Below are positions 1 to 15,400 of a DNA stretch of 64,000 nt, piece by piece. How positions within the stretch are numbered: the first letter of the stretch is position 1; each line of letters begins with the position of its first letter. The notes beneath the pieces are model-generated. The model did not search any database. It saw only the letters and a list, made by a program, of their open reading frames with translations, and was not told the DNA's origin. The stretch spans positions 15,066,001 through 15,130,000 of the forward strand of contig CM022669.1 of assembly GCA_012295275.1 (NCBI GenBank), given 5' to 3'. A program made the translations under genes and the position numbers. Origin of the DNA: Chrysomallon squamiferum (taxonomy: Eukaryota > Animalia > Mollusca).

Positions 1-108
1 TAAAATTATTATTATTACTATTATTATTATTATTATCAGCATTATTATTAGCTGTAGTACAACTTTTACTGTTACTTTGACTACTACTACTACTATTATT
101 ACTACTAC

Positions 109-180
<72 letters not shown>

Positions 181-200
181 TACTACTATTACTATTATCA
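1..200. repeat. (ATT)n/(ACT)n microsatellite
   Basis: Direct inspection. Confidence 0.9.
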
Positions 201-3055
201 TTGTGTTGTTTGTCACAGTTGATTCTTGTTGATGATAAAAAAAAGAAATCAGAACACATTATGTAATGATGTTTTAAAGTGCAGGGGGGTGTGTGTGTGT
301 GTAGGTAACAACCTTGTAATGTCCATTCTGTATGTGGGTAATGATTTTATATTTTATTTCAGTGAATAGTAGCTCTTATTTAGAGTTTTGTGGATGTTTT
401 GATAACCACTCTATACATTCATAATTATGTTGGCATTATTATTATAATTCTGTCTTTTTTCTTTCTATTTTTTTTTTTTTTTTTTTTTAAATTTTATTAT
501 AGATTATTATAACAACAGTCTTTGTATATGGCTATTATTATTATTTATATTTCAATGAACTATAATTATTATTATTATTTATTTAGAAATAATTATTATT
601 TATATTGTGGTAATTGTTAAGATCTTTTCTATTGATAATTCTTCTATTTATTTATTTATTTATTTTTATTTGTTATGTTTGCTTTAGCTTGCAGATATAA
701 TAACAACTGTAATCATTTTAATGTGCACAGCATGTAATTTGTAAAAAAAAATTCTTTGTTAACTAGAGATTGTAATTATACTTCAGTGTTTTTCATTGAT
801 TTTAATTACAACCACCAATTTTCACAAGCAACTATAATTACGTACAATTTTTTTTTGTGTTTCAATTACTGTTTTTACCAATTACTCTCTTAACAATTAT
901 GTGAAATTTATTGTTGTTTTTGGTGAGGAACATTGATGTGTTTGGTGAGTAACTTTTTCTAATGTACAGATAATCTTTTAATTTTTATGAACCATTGTTA
1001 TTGTTTGGATTTTAGTGATTCTTTCTGCTTTGTGGTGAATGTTTTCTTATAACTCACAGCACAGACCATTTATCTGCCTTCCAGAAAAGTTATTTTACAA
1101 AACAAATTGTCTTTAGAATCGATTTAGTCTGTATCTTTCTTTATACAGTTTTATTCTTTACTTTTCAGTGGTTATTTTGTATTTTAGTATATTTATATTA
1201 AGCCTTGGTGCAGAAAAATCCAGAAATCTGGTCACCACGTGACCCATGTTTGCTAGACAAAAAATCTGGGAGGCACTTATATATATATATATATCAACGA
1301 GAAAATATACAGGTGTTAATTCTTATATACAATCTTATTTATTTTAATGAGAAAATAAAATTACTTAGGATGTTTAAAACTCTCTGAGGGTTATTTTTAT
1401 TTTTTTAATGAGCAGTATTTATTACTTATCTTTAAAGCCAGAGTTTATGACTACATTTCTTAGTTAACTTTTTCATTTTAATGAGTAGTAATAATTACTT
1501 ACTTATAAGTCTGTTACATCTTGTTTAGTGTTAGTTTCACATAACTGTTTTAATGATTTTGCTTATAAAAATGTGTAAGGAGAGTTTGGTATAAGCCCAT
1601 GCACTGCTGAATGAAAAAAAAAAAAAAAAAAAATAATAGTCTTTTAAGGTTTAGGATCATCAGGAATCAGTTACAGAGAAATGGTTCCTTGGTTCAGTGA
1701 TTAATCTTAAAAGTCAAGATCTAGATTCTTCACAGATGATTAAAATTTGTTTGCTAATGATGTATATGATAGGAGGTTTGCAAGGTTTACTCTATCAGAC
1801 ATGCAGTTAACATTCCTTTTATACCAATACTATTCTACATCTCATCCTTACTGTACCCATTACCTTGACTATAAATCTAACTGAAATTCTAACATAGATT
1901 CTTGTCTCAAATCCTATCCCAACTCTGACCCTGACATTAACAAATTCTAACCCTAACCTAACTCAAATACTAACCCTAACGTTGCCCATCATATATCAGT
2001 ATTGCTAACAATAACCCTAACCCAACCCTGACACTAACTCTAATCCAAACTCTAATTATAAAAAAAAAACAAAAAAAAAACTTACACAAACATTAACTTT
2101 AACTCACTTCTGATTTTAATTCCAATTTGGTCTTTAACACTAACATCATATAATAATTAAATGATTAAAAATGTGAACTTTAATAAAAAATTAAAAAATA
2201 ATAAAAAAAAAAAACAGGATTAGACAAATATTAATTTTGTTTTTTCAATTTCTTTTTCAGAAAAGCCTTTTTTACATTTGAATTTTTTTTTTTTTTTTTT
2301 TTTTTTATAAATTAATTAATTAATAAATTAACTAAACTGACAGACTGACACCAGCTAGTTATTAAAAACCTTTTCAGACCCGATCCAATACATTTTCAAT
2401 ACAATGAAAAACGAGTAGGCAAGATCACTAAGTACATAGGTAACAATAATCAGGCAAACCTAAACTGATTTACACATTGAAAGAAAACAGATACCTTGAA
2501 CAGATACATACACAAGTATTCACTCGTACTAGCTAGAAAACCAGTGTCTTTCTTTCAAGCATTAAACTACAAAACTTGTCACATTTTAACACATGAAAGA
2601 AAGGCGTTGGTTAATCCACACACAAAGCTTCCTGACCTTTCAGTCCATGGTTTAATGAGTAGAAAAGACGTGGTAAAGATCTGTGGTGGTTTGTAGTAAT
2701 TCATAACCTGTTTTAATAACGTTTAGTGTCTATTGAATGTCTGGGAAATGTTTTATTACATATCATGTGTGTTTATCAGTAGTTTGTTCACCAGTGGGAG
2801 TGTGAATATAGGAAAAGTTGAGGGCCGTTTTTCCAAGACAAGTGTTTGTGTGTATGTGTGTGTGTATGCGTGTGTGCATGAAATATATAAAATTATGACT
2901 CTGTTGCAACAAAATCCAATCTATATCATACATCATACATAAAAACAGATGCACTCACATACACAAAATAGTGCATACTTTTGCTGTCTGTGGGATGGTA
3001 CATGCAAAACAACAGATGTATATTTATACATACCTATATACATACATACACAACA

Positions 3056-3094
<39 letters not shown>

Positions 3095-4070
3095 AACACA
3101 CACATATTTACATATGTTGCAAACATAAATAATTAATATAAAAACAGATATCACATACATTTTATATTATAGGAAGAAAATTGATATGGGAAACACAAAC
3201 ATAGACACATCCATACCCATAAACACGCTAATATTCTATATATTAAAAAAATATTTAAAGTAAGAACTAAAGAGAACACAACCAAGAATTCTTTTGACAT
3301 TAATAGCTCTAAAACTATACATTCATATCAATAAATAACATATTTAAATTTAAAAATAAGAAAAGCAGAAAGATTTATAATGTTGTATCCAATTACTATA
3401 ATGATAAAAAAAATATATATAAATATGTATTATATTATCTGATAATATAAAACTGTCAGAGTTTATTTTATTTTAATTTTTTTTTTTATATAAATCATTT
3501 CTGTCAGTTGTATAGAGTGTGTGTGACAAGATGAAATATATGGCTGTAACACATATGGAATAAAATGATAATTTTTTTGCAGTGTAATTTGATATATCTG
3601 TCATCTTTCTATTATTTATTGATTTTTTTCAAATACTGAAGTTTTCAAAGTAACATCAGGAAAAAAGGATAAAAACCTAAAAATAAAATAAAATTATGAA
3701 AAAAAATAAAAAAAATAAAAAAAATAATTATTCAATAAATAAAAATAAAATAAATTTAAAAAGATATACATATTACTAACAATAATTATAATTTTAAGAA
3801 AACTTTTAAGCTCTTTATAACTATCTTAGAAAAAAGGCAAAAATGTCTTAACAATAAACTCTACACATACCTAAATGACATCATTCACACAATTAAAGAT
3901 CACACAGCACACAGAAATAAAATGTGCTGTAACCAGTGTGTCAATGTAATAGACTTTCTTTCTCTCTGGATCAGCAGCAAAGGATCTTTTCTTTCCTTTA
4001 CCATGTCAAAACAAACAAAGAACAAGCCATTGTCTTTGACAGTTCAGTCACATTAAGAATGTTTAAAACA

Positions 4071-4250
4071 GTGCATCCTTTTGCTGTCTGTGGGATGGTA
4101 CATGCAAAACAAGTTACTACTGCTAACTGAAAAAAGAACAGACCATTGAAATTTTCCTTTCAAACTATCTCTTTGATTTTTAATTATTTGTCAGATAACT
4201 CATAAAACAAGGTTAAAAATAAGCCGAGTGTTAATAAAACATTTTTTTTT
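4071..4250 (+). mobile_element. Degenerate SINE-like interspersed repeat fragment
   Basis: GTGCATCCTTTTGCTGTCTGTGGGATGGTACATGCAAAACAA recurs with 1 mismatch at 2971-3012. The tail GAGTGTTAATAAAACATTTT resembles 36173-36250 (TGAGTGCGTCATTAAATAAAA). The family assignment comes from memory of gastropod repeats and is unverified. Confidence 0.45.
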
Positions 4251-5794
4251 TTCATTTGACTTTGAAATTCAGTCGTGAAAAATTAGTTATTTCTGTTATT
4301 TCTTAATTGATTTTTCATGGCAAATATCTCACAATTCATCTGTAACGAAGTTACGACCATTTAACTAATACTAATGTCATGTACACACACAAGACAACAA
4401 TTCTTTCTAATAAAACAGGGAAACGTATCTGTCGTAAGAGATAAGCTGAAAAATGGCAGCAATTAGCCTATTTTTCTTACTTAAGTTTTCAGTTTACTAC
4501 ACAGCAAAACCAAAGAGGTTTTACACTGTAGAGTCGAATGTTCAAGCTGACAAGCTCAAACATGATAACAGGTTTAACATGTTTGGTAATATTCCACTTG
4601 GTATTGACCTATCACCTTTCTTGGGTCTGTCACCTTTTCAACAGATAAATGTACATACCTATATACATACATACACAATACACAGATATATATATATATA
4701 TATATACACACACATGCATGTGTGTATATACACACATTTATTTATTTATTTATTTATTTATAAAACATAATGTACTTCTTTTTTTTTTAAATTTAATTAA
4801 TTAGCCTGTAATCCACTAAACCATGATATATTTTTGTTCAGGTTTAAAAAAAAAAAAAAAAAAAAAAAATCTTCTATAAAATATATTTTGATAAATATAT
4901 ACATCCAAACATACATATATATATATATATATATAAATCTTAATTTGATATCTTTGGCTGTCTTGTGTAATTAATGATCAGTTGTGCACAAACAGGTCAG
5001 ACAGACGGGTGGATTTATGGATCACATGGCAAACAGTCATGAGTACATAGACATAAATATAGTAGTTGAGCATAATTAGATTTAGTTAGCCAAGTTAGAT
5101 TTAATGGTGCATATTGTTAATACACTGTAGTTCTGAGAAAACTTGTGTATGTATGTATGTATGTTGTGAGCATCTACTTGTGTTCGTGTGTTTGTGTCTA
5201 TTTGTGTGTGTCTGTGTCTGTCTGTGTATTTGTGTATTCCTGTCTGTGTATACATAGCTGTGTGCATGTATGTTTCTATGTGTGTCTTCATCAATGCTGG
5301 GCATGAAAGATTTTCAATTAAACATCTTATCAAAAAACACCAATACTGAACACTCTTGAAAAAAAAAAAAATGTCAACATAACAATAAAAACAAAACAAA
5401 TGAATGAAGAAAAAAACAATAAAGAGACCCAGAAAGAATAAAATGAAAAAAAAAAATCTGCATCCCCACACAAAACAAACTCTATACCATTTGTATGTCC
5501 AGTAACAATTAGTAAATAATACCCAACAGCTGGTTTAACAAGCTTTAACTGGAGGTAAAACATACACTCTGATAGTTTACACAGAGGCTAATGGCCACAG
5601 TTACTTTATTCATAAAGTTGTATTCAGATTTCTGGCCATAAATCTGGACAGTCAATGCTCAGACATGTTTCACACACAAACAGAAAACAAACTGGTCAAA
5701 AATAAATACACGCATGTCTCTGTTTATTTTAGTTTTAGTGTGTGATAACTACCCCTGTTGACAGAACAGTGAAAACAAAGTGTAAGAGCTAAAT

Positions 5795-6078
5795 GATGTT
5801 AATCCTTTGAACTTGATGACATCAACCTTAATGTCAAATGATAAAGTGGTTGAAAAGTAATAATTTGTTATTGGTATAATCTTTAGTTGGCTAGTGAATG
5901 GATTATAGTTCCACAGTTAAGAGTTCTTGCTGATGACATGTTAATTCCTTCAACTCACATATCTTTAACATCTAATGATACAGTAGTTGAAAAGTAGCAA
6001 TATCTTATTGTTGTTACGTCTTCAGTAGTGTGGTGAATGGGTTAGGGTTCTGTTGTTAGAGTACTTGCTTATGATGGT
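5795..6078. repeat. Old two-copy tandem duplication (~140-bp unit)
   Basis: ATGTTAAT..CCTT..AACT, AATGATA.AGT.GTTGAAAAGTA, TTATTG, GTGAATGG.TTA and AGAGT.CTTGCT occur twice in the same order. Confidence 0.65.
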
Positions 6079-8169
6079 GAAATGACTCATTCTCCTTAAT
6101 AAAGGATGCCTCTGTAATATTTCACATTTACTATTCGTTTTAAATGTTGTTGTTGTTTGTTAATTTTATTACTGTGGTAGTAGGTGTTGCTGTTGTCATT
6201 TTTCGTCAAGTGGCAATAAAAGATTAATGTTTTTCAAATCAGAACTGAAAAATAACACAAAAATCTTTCTTAAAAAGTCACCTTCAACACACCCAAATAA
6301 CAGTAACAGTTAAAAACAACTGGCATATTAGTTTCAGATCTTTTTGTCAAAGCAGTTAGTTTTGAGCCTATTGAAGTAGAAAAAAACAAAATAGCAGGTT
6401 AAGATGGTATCAAAGCAAACATTTGATCTTAACATGTCCTTATGTATTGAGCATGTCACTCACTAAGTATGGCTGTTAGACTCTTAAGCAAATGATAATA
6501 CTGTAAAGGGAGTGTAAGGTTGGCCAGCAGAGTTAACAGTGTGGCTGATACAAACGTCTGTGGGGTAAACAAGATTCTGAGATAGGAGACACACATTGGT
6601 GTGACAGGTTCTGTTGACAGCAAATGCTAAAAATGACTTTTGTTACTTGACTATAACGCCAGAAAATTCGAGTTGTTTGTATAGCTTTTATATTAGGAAT
6701 TAGAAAAAAAAAAAAAAAAAAAAAAAAAAATGGAGAAAAAAAAAGAAAGAAAGAAAGGTTTTAGAGAAGGTGAAATAGGAAAAAAGGAAAAAGAAATAGA
6801 AAGAATAAAAAAAGAGGTGTATTTATATCTGTGGTTGTGTATTTTTTATTATGTATATATAGGTTCACATTCATGTATGTGTTGTTACATCTATAAATAT
6901 AACAAATGGCTATACGCTTAGATATTCGAAGGCCTTTTAATGTGGGGTTGTTGGTTTTTTGAGTTTTTAAACCAGAAGGTAATTTGTATCTATTAAAAAC
7001 ATCACTGCACACTGTGTTTACTTATATACTACTATTACTGTCACCACTACAATCAAAACTACTATTATAAATCTACTGTTAATGGAAAAGCGATATATTC
7101 ACATTACCAATTATTCCTATTACTGTATCTAATTTAATACTAGTTCTCAATCAGCCTACTCCTTTTATTACACAATAAATTTAATTTAAATGTTTTTCTT
7201 CTTTTCTTTTCTTTTTTCTTGTTTTTTTTTTTCTTTTTTTAATTTTTTCTTTCTGGCTTTTTCACATGGTAGATAAATCATTTTCAGTGTGTAAAGATTT
7301 AAAGGAACAAAAACAACAACACTTCAATAAATTCTGTAAGAGGGTCAGATATGGGCCTTGATTGTCAATATTAATATCAGATTTGAGCCAAATTGTTCTT
7401 TGAACTAGGCTTGCACTCTGGTTTTGGCTACAGCCCAGGAACGGGGTGGGGGGTGATTTGCTGACATGTTTTTGATGCAAATATAAACCATTTTTACTGG
7501 TCAATTAATTTTTTTTAAATCCTCTTTCTCACCGGGATGGCTGTGATAAAATATTTTTTTTTTGTTCTTATCCAAGCAAAGTATTCGAGACAGTTAGTAT
7601 GAGAGAGATTTATTTTGTATCAGCTTAGTTAGGTTATAATCACAGTATGCTTTAGTTTAAAAACATAACTAGTATGTCATCGAGAAAAGTAAGTTGTTTA
7701 TAAATTATTTATTAAGTTTCTAGAATTACAATTTTTTTAAAAATTATCTTAGAGTAATTTATGTTTGGTGAAATGAGCCAAAGAAAGGATCAATATTTAA
7801 TGATACACTAAACATATTTTGTGCAGTATTTATAAACAGAGTTAAGAATCACAAAAAAAGGGATAAAGAAACCCCTGTTTTACAGTTAAAAACAAGGGAA
7901 TTTTCAAAATAACCTTTTTACACAGAGGACAGCACATGTCCTTTGACAAAAATCAGTTGTACCTGTGTGTATTACTGTGATTGGAACTACAGACCTGACA
8001 CATTAAGTGTAATATGGTTATTAAATAAATGTTTAATGTCTAAACAATTTTTTAGTATCATTGTTATTTTTTTTTTTTATGTTGTTGCTGCACCAAAAAG
8101 AAACCTCAAAATGTATCATTATAGTTGTTATATCTGAACAAACTTGAACACAATTAATTTTTTAATTCA

Positions 8170-8228
<59 letters not shown>

Positions 8229-8321
8229 TAGATACATATAATAATAAGAGAAACAGGTTTCTTTCAATTATTAATTTCTTAATATGAAAAAAATCCAAAA
8301 CAAATGTAGCAATAACAACAG

Positions 8322-8361
<40 letters not shown>

Positions 8362-9258
8362 ATAATATACTATAAAACTGATTGTAATACTTACATTACT
8401 ACATGAAGCATTATATGCACGGAAAGCCCACTGTTTAATGTCTCAGCAGTGAAGTAATCTCCATTAAATTCAAAACAGTTTATATAAAAGCACAAACTAC
8501 AAAACAGCCTGTCAACCTGTCTCTATCATGGAAAAACAATTTCTTTCCTTGGAATAAGAACCATACCCTTCTAACTTCTGTTCAGAGTATACACACATTC
8601 GGATAATAACATGAAATGTTTGTCTTAACGCCAGAGCTTTCCCTCCTGTTTAACCAACCACTCAGAACTACTGTGCCGTACTGTCTTGTGTGTGCTGCCT
8701 ATCAAAGCGGTCTATCTGAGTTCACTGAGCTGTGACAGCTGTAATAGAAAGACAGACAAAACCGGCACTGTTGTCATCTTGACAAGCAAAATTACATGTA
8801 GCTTACCTTGTGTGATTGTTCTGATTAAAGAAACATTATCATTGATTATTCTGTTACTTGATAAATGACACTACCCTGTTCATTACAATCAGGTGAATTA
8901 GTCATGCGTTTAGTTGTAGACATGTAAACACATAGGCTGTTATGGATTAATAATACTGAGATAATCATAAACCGAACACAGAGCCGAGTATAATTATAAA
9001 ATACCCAGTCCAGCCGATGATAGATTATCTGTCTACAGTGAAGGCAGAAGCTGTGCCCATGAAAGGCATGCATTAACAGATTGCTTCACAATTGTTCAGT
9101 GACAGGCCTGTGTATTACAGACTTGGAAAATAATTTTTTCTTTCCAATATCCAGCTACTGTTTAGGATAATGATTCCCAAATATGGCTCAAATACTCAAG
9201 AGGGGATCACAATGTGAAATTATTGTAAACTATATTACTGTACTTTTTTTTTCTCTGC

Positions 9259-9302
<44 letters not shown>

Positions 9303-9769
9303 GGAGAAGAAGAAGACGACGATGAAGAAAAAGATGAAATAAATAAATAAAATTTATACTCTAGCATGCACACAGATCTGAAGTTAATAAAATTGTATTT
9401 CATATTTGGGAATATATGTTTGAATACATTCTAGGACTTGGACTCTCTCTCTCTCTCTCTCTCTCTCGTGATACACTAACACTGCAGTGTTGACATAGAT
9501 TAATAACAGGTGACATAAGAACATAAAACATAAAACGTAAAAATAATATAAAATAAAATAAAGTAAGTAAGTAAGTAAGTAAGTAAATAAGTAAGTAAGT
9601 AAATTGTAATAATTATTATGAAACATATATTTTAGTTTTAAAATGTTAATAATTCCAAAACAAAATATGGCAGTTATATAATCATAAAAGAAAACAGCTC
9701 ACATGAAATGACAAACGTATTTCTTTACTAGAAGGAAGAATATAAAATAAAAGCACAACTTTTTTTTTA

Positions 9770-9925
9770 TCGACTTTATAGTCATATTATCGAAGGGGGG
9801 TAACTGCAACAGGCGTTGGAAATATTTATTTTTAACTTGGGGGTATACCTTTGAAATCGAGGCTGGGTACGTGGCTCTCCTGTGATGTCATAAGTTGCCA
9901 TTTTGTTGACAAGCAGAAGTGAAAG
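9770..9925 (+). promoter_or_regulatory. Probable PRRC1 promoter and non-coding first exon (donor AAAG|GTAAAT at 9925/9926)
   Basis: Local CpG cluster (~9770-10100) in otherwise CpG-poor DNA. YY1-type GCCATTTTG at 9897-9905 and a good donor at 9926. The first coding exon has an acceptor at 11027, just before the ATG, so an upstream non-coding exon is expected. Confidence 0.55.
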
Positions 9926-11033
9926 GTAAATGTTTGAATTCCATTTAAAGTACCTTTGTAGACAGTGCGATCGTGCAAATAACCCATTGAAATACCTATG
10001 AAAAATAGAATTTGTTAATGCATCTAAGGTTAATTATTGTTTGCAATTTACTCCTTCCTAATAAGAGCAAATTAAATCTTTTTACAAAAATAATCGTTTC
10101 CCTTCATCCTTGGGCCAAGGCTATGGGACAGCATCAAGATAGTTATGCCCTATTTTAGACCAATATTTAATGGCAGAAACTTCAAAGTTAATATGTGTGT
10201 TTCCAGTTATTTTGATATCTTTAATTTATTAGTTGACAATATAAATCTGACATTATTTCCACAAGAATCATCATATAATGTCAGTTTATCAATATGATAA
10301 TTTGGTATAACTAAATTAAATTAAAATTAAAAATATCAGTAGAATGTACCAGAAGGGTTAAGAAAAACAAAAAAAGAAACTTTGAAGGTTTTCAGAGACC
10401 TGATTATAGTGGTTATAAAAATCAATTATATAAAATTATAACCATAATGGGCACAAACACATTTGTCAGTTTTGAAAAGATCTATGGATCACTTAAATAT
10501 TGATAATTTGAATATGTATATGTGTATGTAGTCAGTTCAAACCTGCTTCTCTCTTACATTGGATTTCTGTATAATCATTTTAATTTTCTATAAAATAACC
10601 AATAATCTGTTATAATTTTGCATGAAACTTAAAGTTGAAAGTTATGTTTTCATATCAATATTCAAGAATAAAAGATATTTCAGATATATATTTCAGATTT
10701 TTGAAAAAAAAATTCAAATTGTTATTAATAATGTTGTCATTTCTTCAAAACATTTGACTGTGGCGATTTATAAACTGTATTTAAAAAAAAATGTGTACAC
10801 ATGTTTTGGTACTTTTCTTATTGCAAGGAACCATAACTTTGAAAAATATTTTTACAGCCATATCAGTATTTAAAATAGTTGTCAACAATAGATATATCAC
10901 TATTATCAGAAAAATTAAATTTATGGTCTCTCATTAAGAAAAATTGTATTAATTTACTAATGTTAAGCTACTATTATTTTGGATTAATAATTATTATTAT
11001 AATCAAATTCTTACTTAATATTGTAAGGCCAGT

Positions 11034-12341
11034 ATGATGTCAGAGTCATCAGATGAGCAGCCAGAAATTGTCACACTTGAAGAAGCACAACAGGCAGAAA
11101 AAGAAGCTTCAGAACTTTCTGGTATATTATATTATTAGTAGAATTATTTATCATCTCTATAGTCTATTTTTAATAAATTAATGTTGTTTGTTAACTACTT
11201 ATTAATTTTTTAAAGTTGTTGACAAATTTTAAATGTTACAAAGATTTTTCCAGATTTCATTTAAAAGACAAGAGAGGATAATTTGTGTTTTTTTTCATTA
11301 ACGAAAAGCACTTGAAAAAAGATATATTTAATTAATACCAAGGTGTAAATTTCAGATTTAATCTTTGAATAAGCTTTTCTTTTGATCTGACACAAGATTA
11401 TTCACATTATATGAATATATTATTCCTGTAATGTATTTTTATTATTTTTAGTATTTAAATATTTATTATAGCAACACCAACAAAGGTGTCCTCACCAGCT
11501 CCTGTAGCTACACTCGGCAATGTGTCAGCTCCATCACCTCTTCCTTCCTTCCTGACAAAAACTTCCGACACTGCTGCTGCCCAGATGGCAGTCACTCAGG
11601 TTAGTTTAGTAAAATATGTACAATTTTCACAAATAAGGTTAGCAGCAAAGGTAGACAGTTTTCAGATATAATGGTAGCAGCAGAGATGATCAGCTATTTT
11701 CTGTGTGGAAAACCAAGCAGTCAACCGTTACAGATTTTGTTCCAGAAATATAAAACTCTTTCTGTTTTTACTGAATTTATTTATTTGTTGTCTTTTATTA
11801 ATTCAAGATACAGGCTGTACGTTTTATATCAAAGCGTTTAAATTTTGTTGTATTTGAATTTAGAGAAATCAGTAAAGATGAACTTTTACTGAATACAATG
11901 AGCTCTCAATAAAAATGTATTCAAACAATGATTTTTAATTTTTCTCCCATTTTGTATATTTGATTATCTCAAATATAATGATATCTTGGACTTGATTCCA
12001 AGACCCTGCTATGTCAAGATTTAGAGATATATGCATGTATGTATGTAAGTATGTATTTATATTAATTTAATCAGACATTTGCTTTTGTTTCAACAGGAGA
12101 CACCCATTACAAGTCCAGCAGTTCCAGAACTGTAAGAGTCTATTAGATTAGAGTGGTTTTTATTTAATTTTTTAATTTTTCCTTATTTTTATTATAATGT
12201 ATTGAACTTAACTATAATCTGATTTTAATAAGTATTTTCACTGGCCTCAGTTTTAAAACCATAATGAAAATGTATATTATTTTTTATGGTGTCTTTTCTA
12301 ATATTTCCATTTATTTCAGAAAATTAAACATAATAATATTA

Positions 12342-12416
<75 letters not shown>

Positions 12417-15400
12417 GTAATAGTAATAGTAATAGTAATAATAATATTAATAATGAAGTAATATCATGTAGTTTTATGAGTTAAATGCTTGTTTTCTGTC
12501 AAGAGAGACTTGTTTTGTATCTGTCCATCATTCCATTGTGGTTTTGTTCAGGTCTTCTGCAAAACCTTCTGCCACCATTAGTGCTTCAGCTGGGGTTACC
12601 CCTATTAGCAAAGTGACAGCTAATGCACCAGGTGTGTATAATCTATCCATATTCAAAGTGTGTATTATTTGATAAATTTTATAAACTTTTGAAAATTTTG
12701 TAAAAATGTTGTACAGAGGTTTAGTATCATTAAACATGTCATATCAATAGAAAAAAAAAATGTACCTAAAATCCTACTGTTCAGTTCTTTAAGAAATTTT
12801 AATTTTGTTTGTATGGTCTATTGAATGTATGGAAAATTCATGGTCTGCTGGATTATTTTTAGAGTGACACAAAGGAGTTTTTCATCAATGAAAATGTACA
12901 TTTTCTAGAGTTGGACATAAAATGAAAATTAGTTAATTCTTTATATGTCTCAGGTCCAATAGAAACTCCATATGAAGCAAGTTCATCTATACCAATCACT
13001 CAAGAGCAGATAACTAACATACCACAATCGCCAAATTCACGATCGGGTCTTTTTAGCTGGATTTCTGGAAGTAATTTTGTCAATAGAATGGTTGAAAAGA
13101 CAAAGGTTTGTATGATATTTCTGCATCTCTTTGATTTTGCTTCAAGTTTCTTACTTATTGTTTCTGGTCTTACTGTATTTTTCAGTATTAGTAAGTGCAC
13201 ATTTTAAAAATGTTTAAATATTTATTTATGTTTGTATGAATTCATATGCCAAAATTATTATTTTTTTTTTTCTAAACTGAATTTTTATTATTGTTCTGTT
13301 TTATGTTTCAGAGCTCTGTAGAAAGTGTAATTACTACACTAGACCCTGGAATGAAGGAAATTATTTGTAAGTATATATGCATATAATCACAACACAGAGC
13401 TTTTGTATGGATAATAATAGAGAATAAAATATATTTTTCAAACAATTTACAAGCCTTTAAATTCTTTTATATAAAACACTTAAATGTAGTTAATTTGTGA
13501 AAATTATGTATTACGAGACAAATGCATGGTACAGATTTGTCTTGACTTCAGTATTCTTTGCAACACTGAAATATGTTTTTATTCACATTTTTCTGTTTAA
13601 ATTGTTAAAAAGATGAGATACTTTAATCTTTCTTATAATTATAAGAATGAAGGTTTTCTCCTAAAAAAATTCTCAACACAGGATCTTTTAGAGATCAAAT
13701 GATTGCAATATTTACTTAATAATGAGTAACTTGTTAATGAATATCCTGGTAATAATAATCAACTAAAGAGTATACTGCTACATCTTCTTGAAGGCAAGCA
13801 AACAACTGATATATACACACACACACACACATGGAATTAATCAGCATTGCTTAAAATAGTTATTATAATAAACTTTATGATTAAACAGAAGTCAAGTTAA
13901 TTTTTTATTTGTTATTTGTGACAGTCTTTTTTAACAAAAAGAATGATAGTAAAATAATGTTTGAATTCACTTTGCAACTGCAACTGTAATATTTAGTAAG
14001 CTATTTACTGATAGGCTGACAAATTATTTTGTCATAAACACATTTAATTTTTTTACAAAACATCAACAAAAAAAAAAAATCCCATTCTTTGCATTAGTAA
14101 CTAATAAGATTTTTAAATATTTTGTTAAAGTGTTTGCTTAAGAATTGGATAATAATTATTATTTACACATGAAATACTGGTAAGGTGAATGTGTATGAAT
14201 AGGTTAACTGTTATTGTTTAAATGTTATATCTGTAAAATTGATAAACGGCTGTGCTCTAAAATTTTGTAATGTATACTTTATTGCCAGGTTGTACAGCTG
14301 TATGAAAATACAGGTGTAAAATATCTGTTACAAAAATAAAAATATATTTAAATTTTTATAATACAACATTCCTTTTCATGTTTTTCATTTGATATTAGTT
14401 TTTTGAATAATATATCTAAATGTTTTTCTTTTTTGTAATAATAGCTGTTAAACATACAAAAAATATATTATTTAGTTTTTCAGTTGTTATGCCTGTTATT
14501 GTATTTGTACTTAAGCCAAGTGTGTACAATAGATTGAGATAGTAAGATTATAGAACATTGATATGGTTATTTAATATTCTTCTTTAATGCCTGTAATTGT
14601 TTTTGCATTCATCATTGTAAAGAACTCTCTGATTCAGCTTTTGTGTTTTACATGGTGTTCTTTAACAGTGTTATTTTAATTTGCTAGGTACTGGGGGAGA
14701 CATTCAAATTGTTGTTACATCCACTAAAGAGTCAAAACTGGGTGCTGTGAGGGAAGCTTTCCAGAATATATTTGGTCGAGCTACCGTCACTGGTAAGGTA
14801 TGTTGATGACATCCTTTTCATTATTGTTTTCACCAAATCAGAGAAGGGTTCATTAGATGACACAGTGAAAAATTGCATATTTCACAGACAAATTTTCATG
14901 ACAGGTTAGATATATAAAAAAAAAAATAAGAAAAAAAAAGGAAAACAAATATTTTAATTAAAGTAGGAAATATTTCACTTCTATTGATTTTTTTTTACAT
15001 AAAAAGTAATTATTTATATTTGTTGTGTGTGTGTGTGTGTGTTTGTGTGCATGTGAATATTTTGTTTATTTATTATACATACACATACGAAGATGATATT
15101 CTAATACAATACTTATTCTAATAATATTTTAATAATATATATTTGTTATTGATAATGTTATTTATTGTTAACTAATTCTGTTTAAAGAAACTTTATTTAG
15201 TCAACAGGTTTAACCAGTTGGTATGCTGATACGAAAATTATAGCTTTGTTGACATACATATATATGTACATGCATGCATATTCACTAGTTATTAAATTAT
15301 TTAAAAAATATAAATGTAATGTTGATGTTATTGTGCACTTACCTGTGTGTATATATATATAGATATATAGTAGTGTGTGTGTGTGTGTGTGTGTATGTGT

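Noticed and set aside
1930-2050. CTAACCCTAACC motifs suggesting telomeric repeat
   Set aside because: Scattered and degenerate, not a tandem array. At most a decayed repeat fragment.
1205-9626. Short ORFs in the first 10 kb
   Set aside because: Low-complexity or microsatellite translations with no recognisable domain or consistent exon chain.
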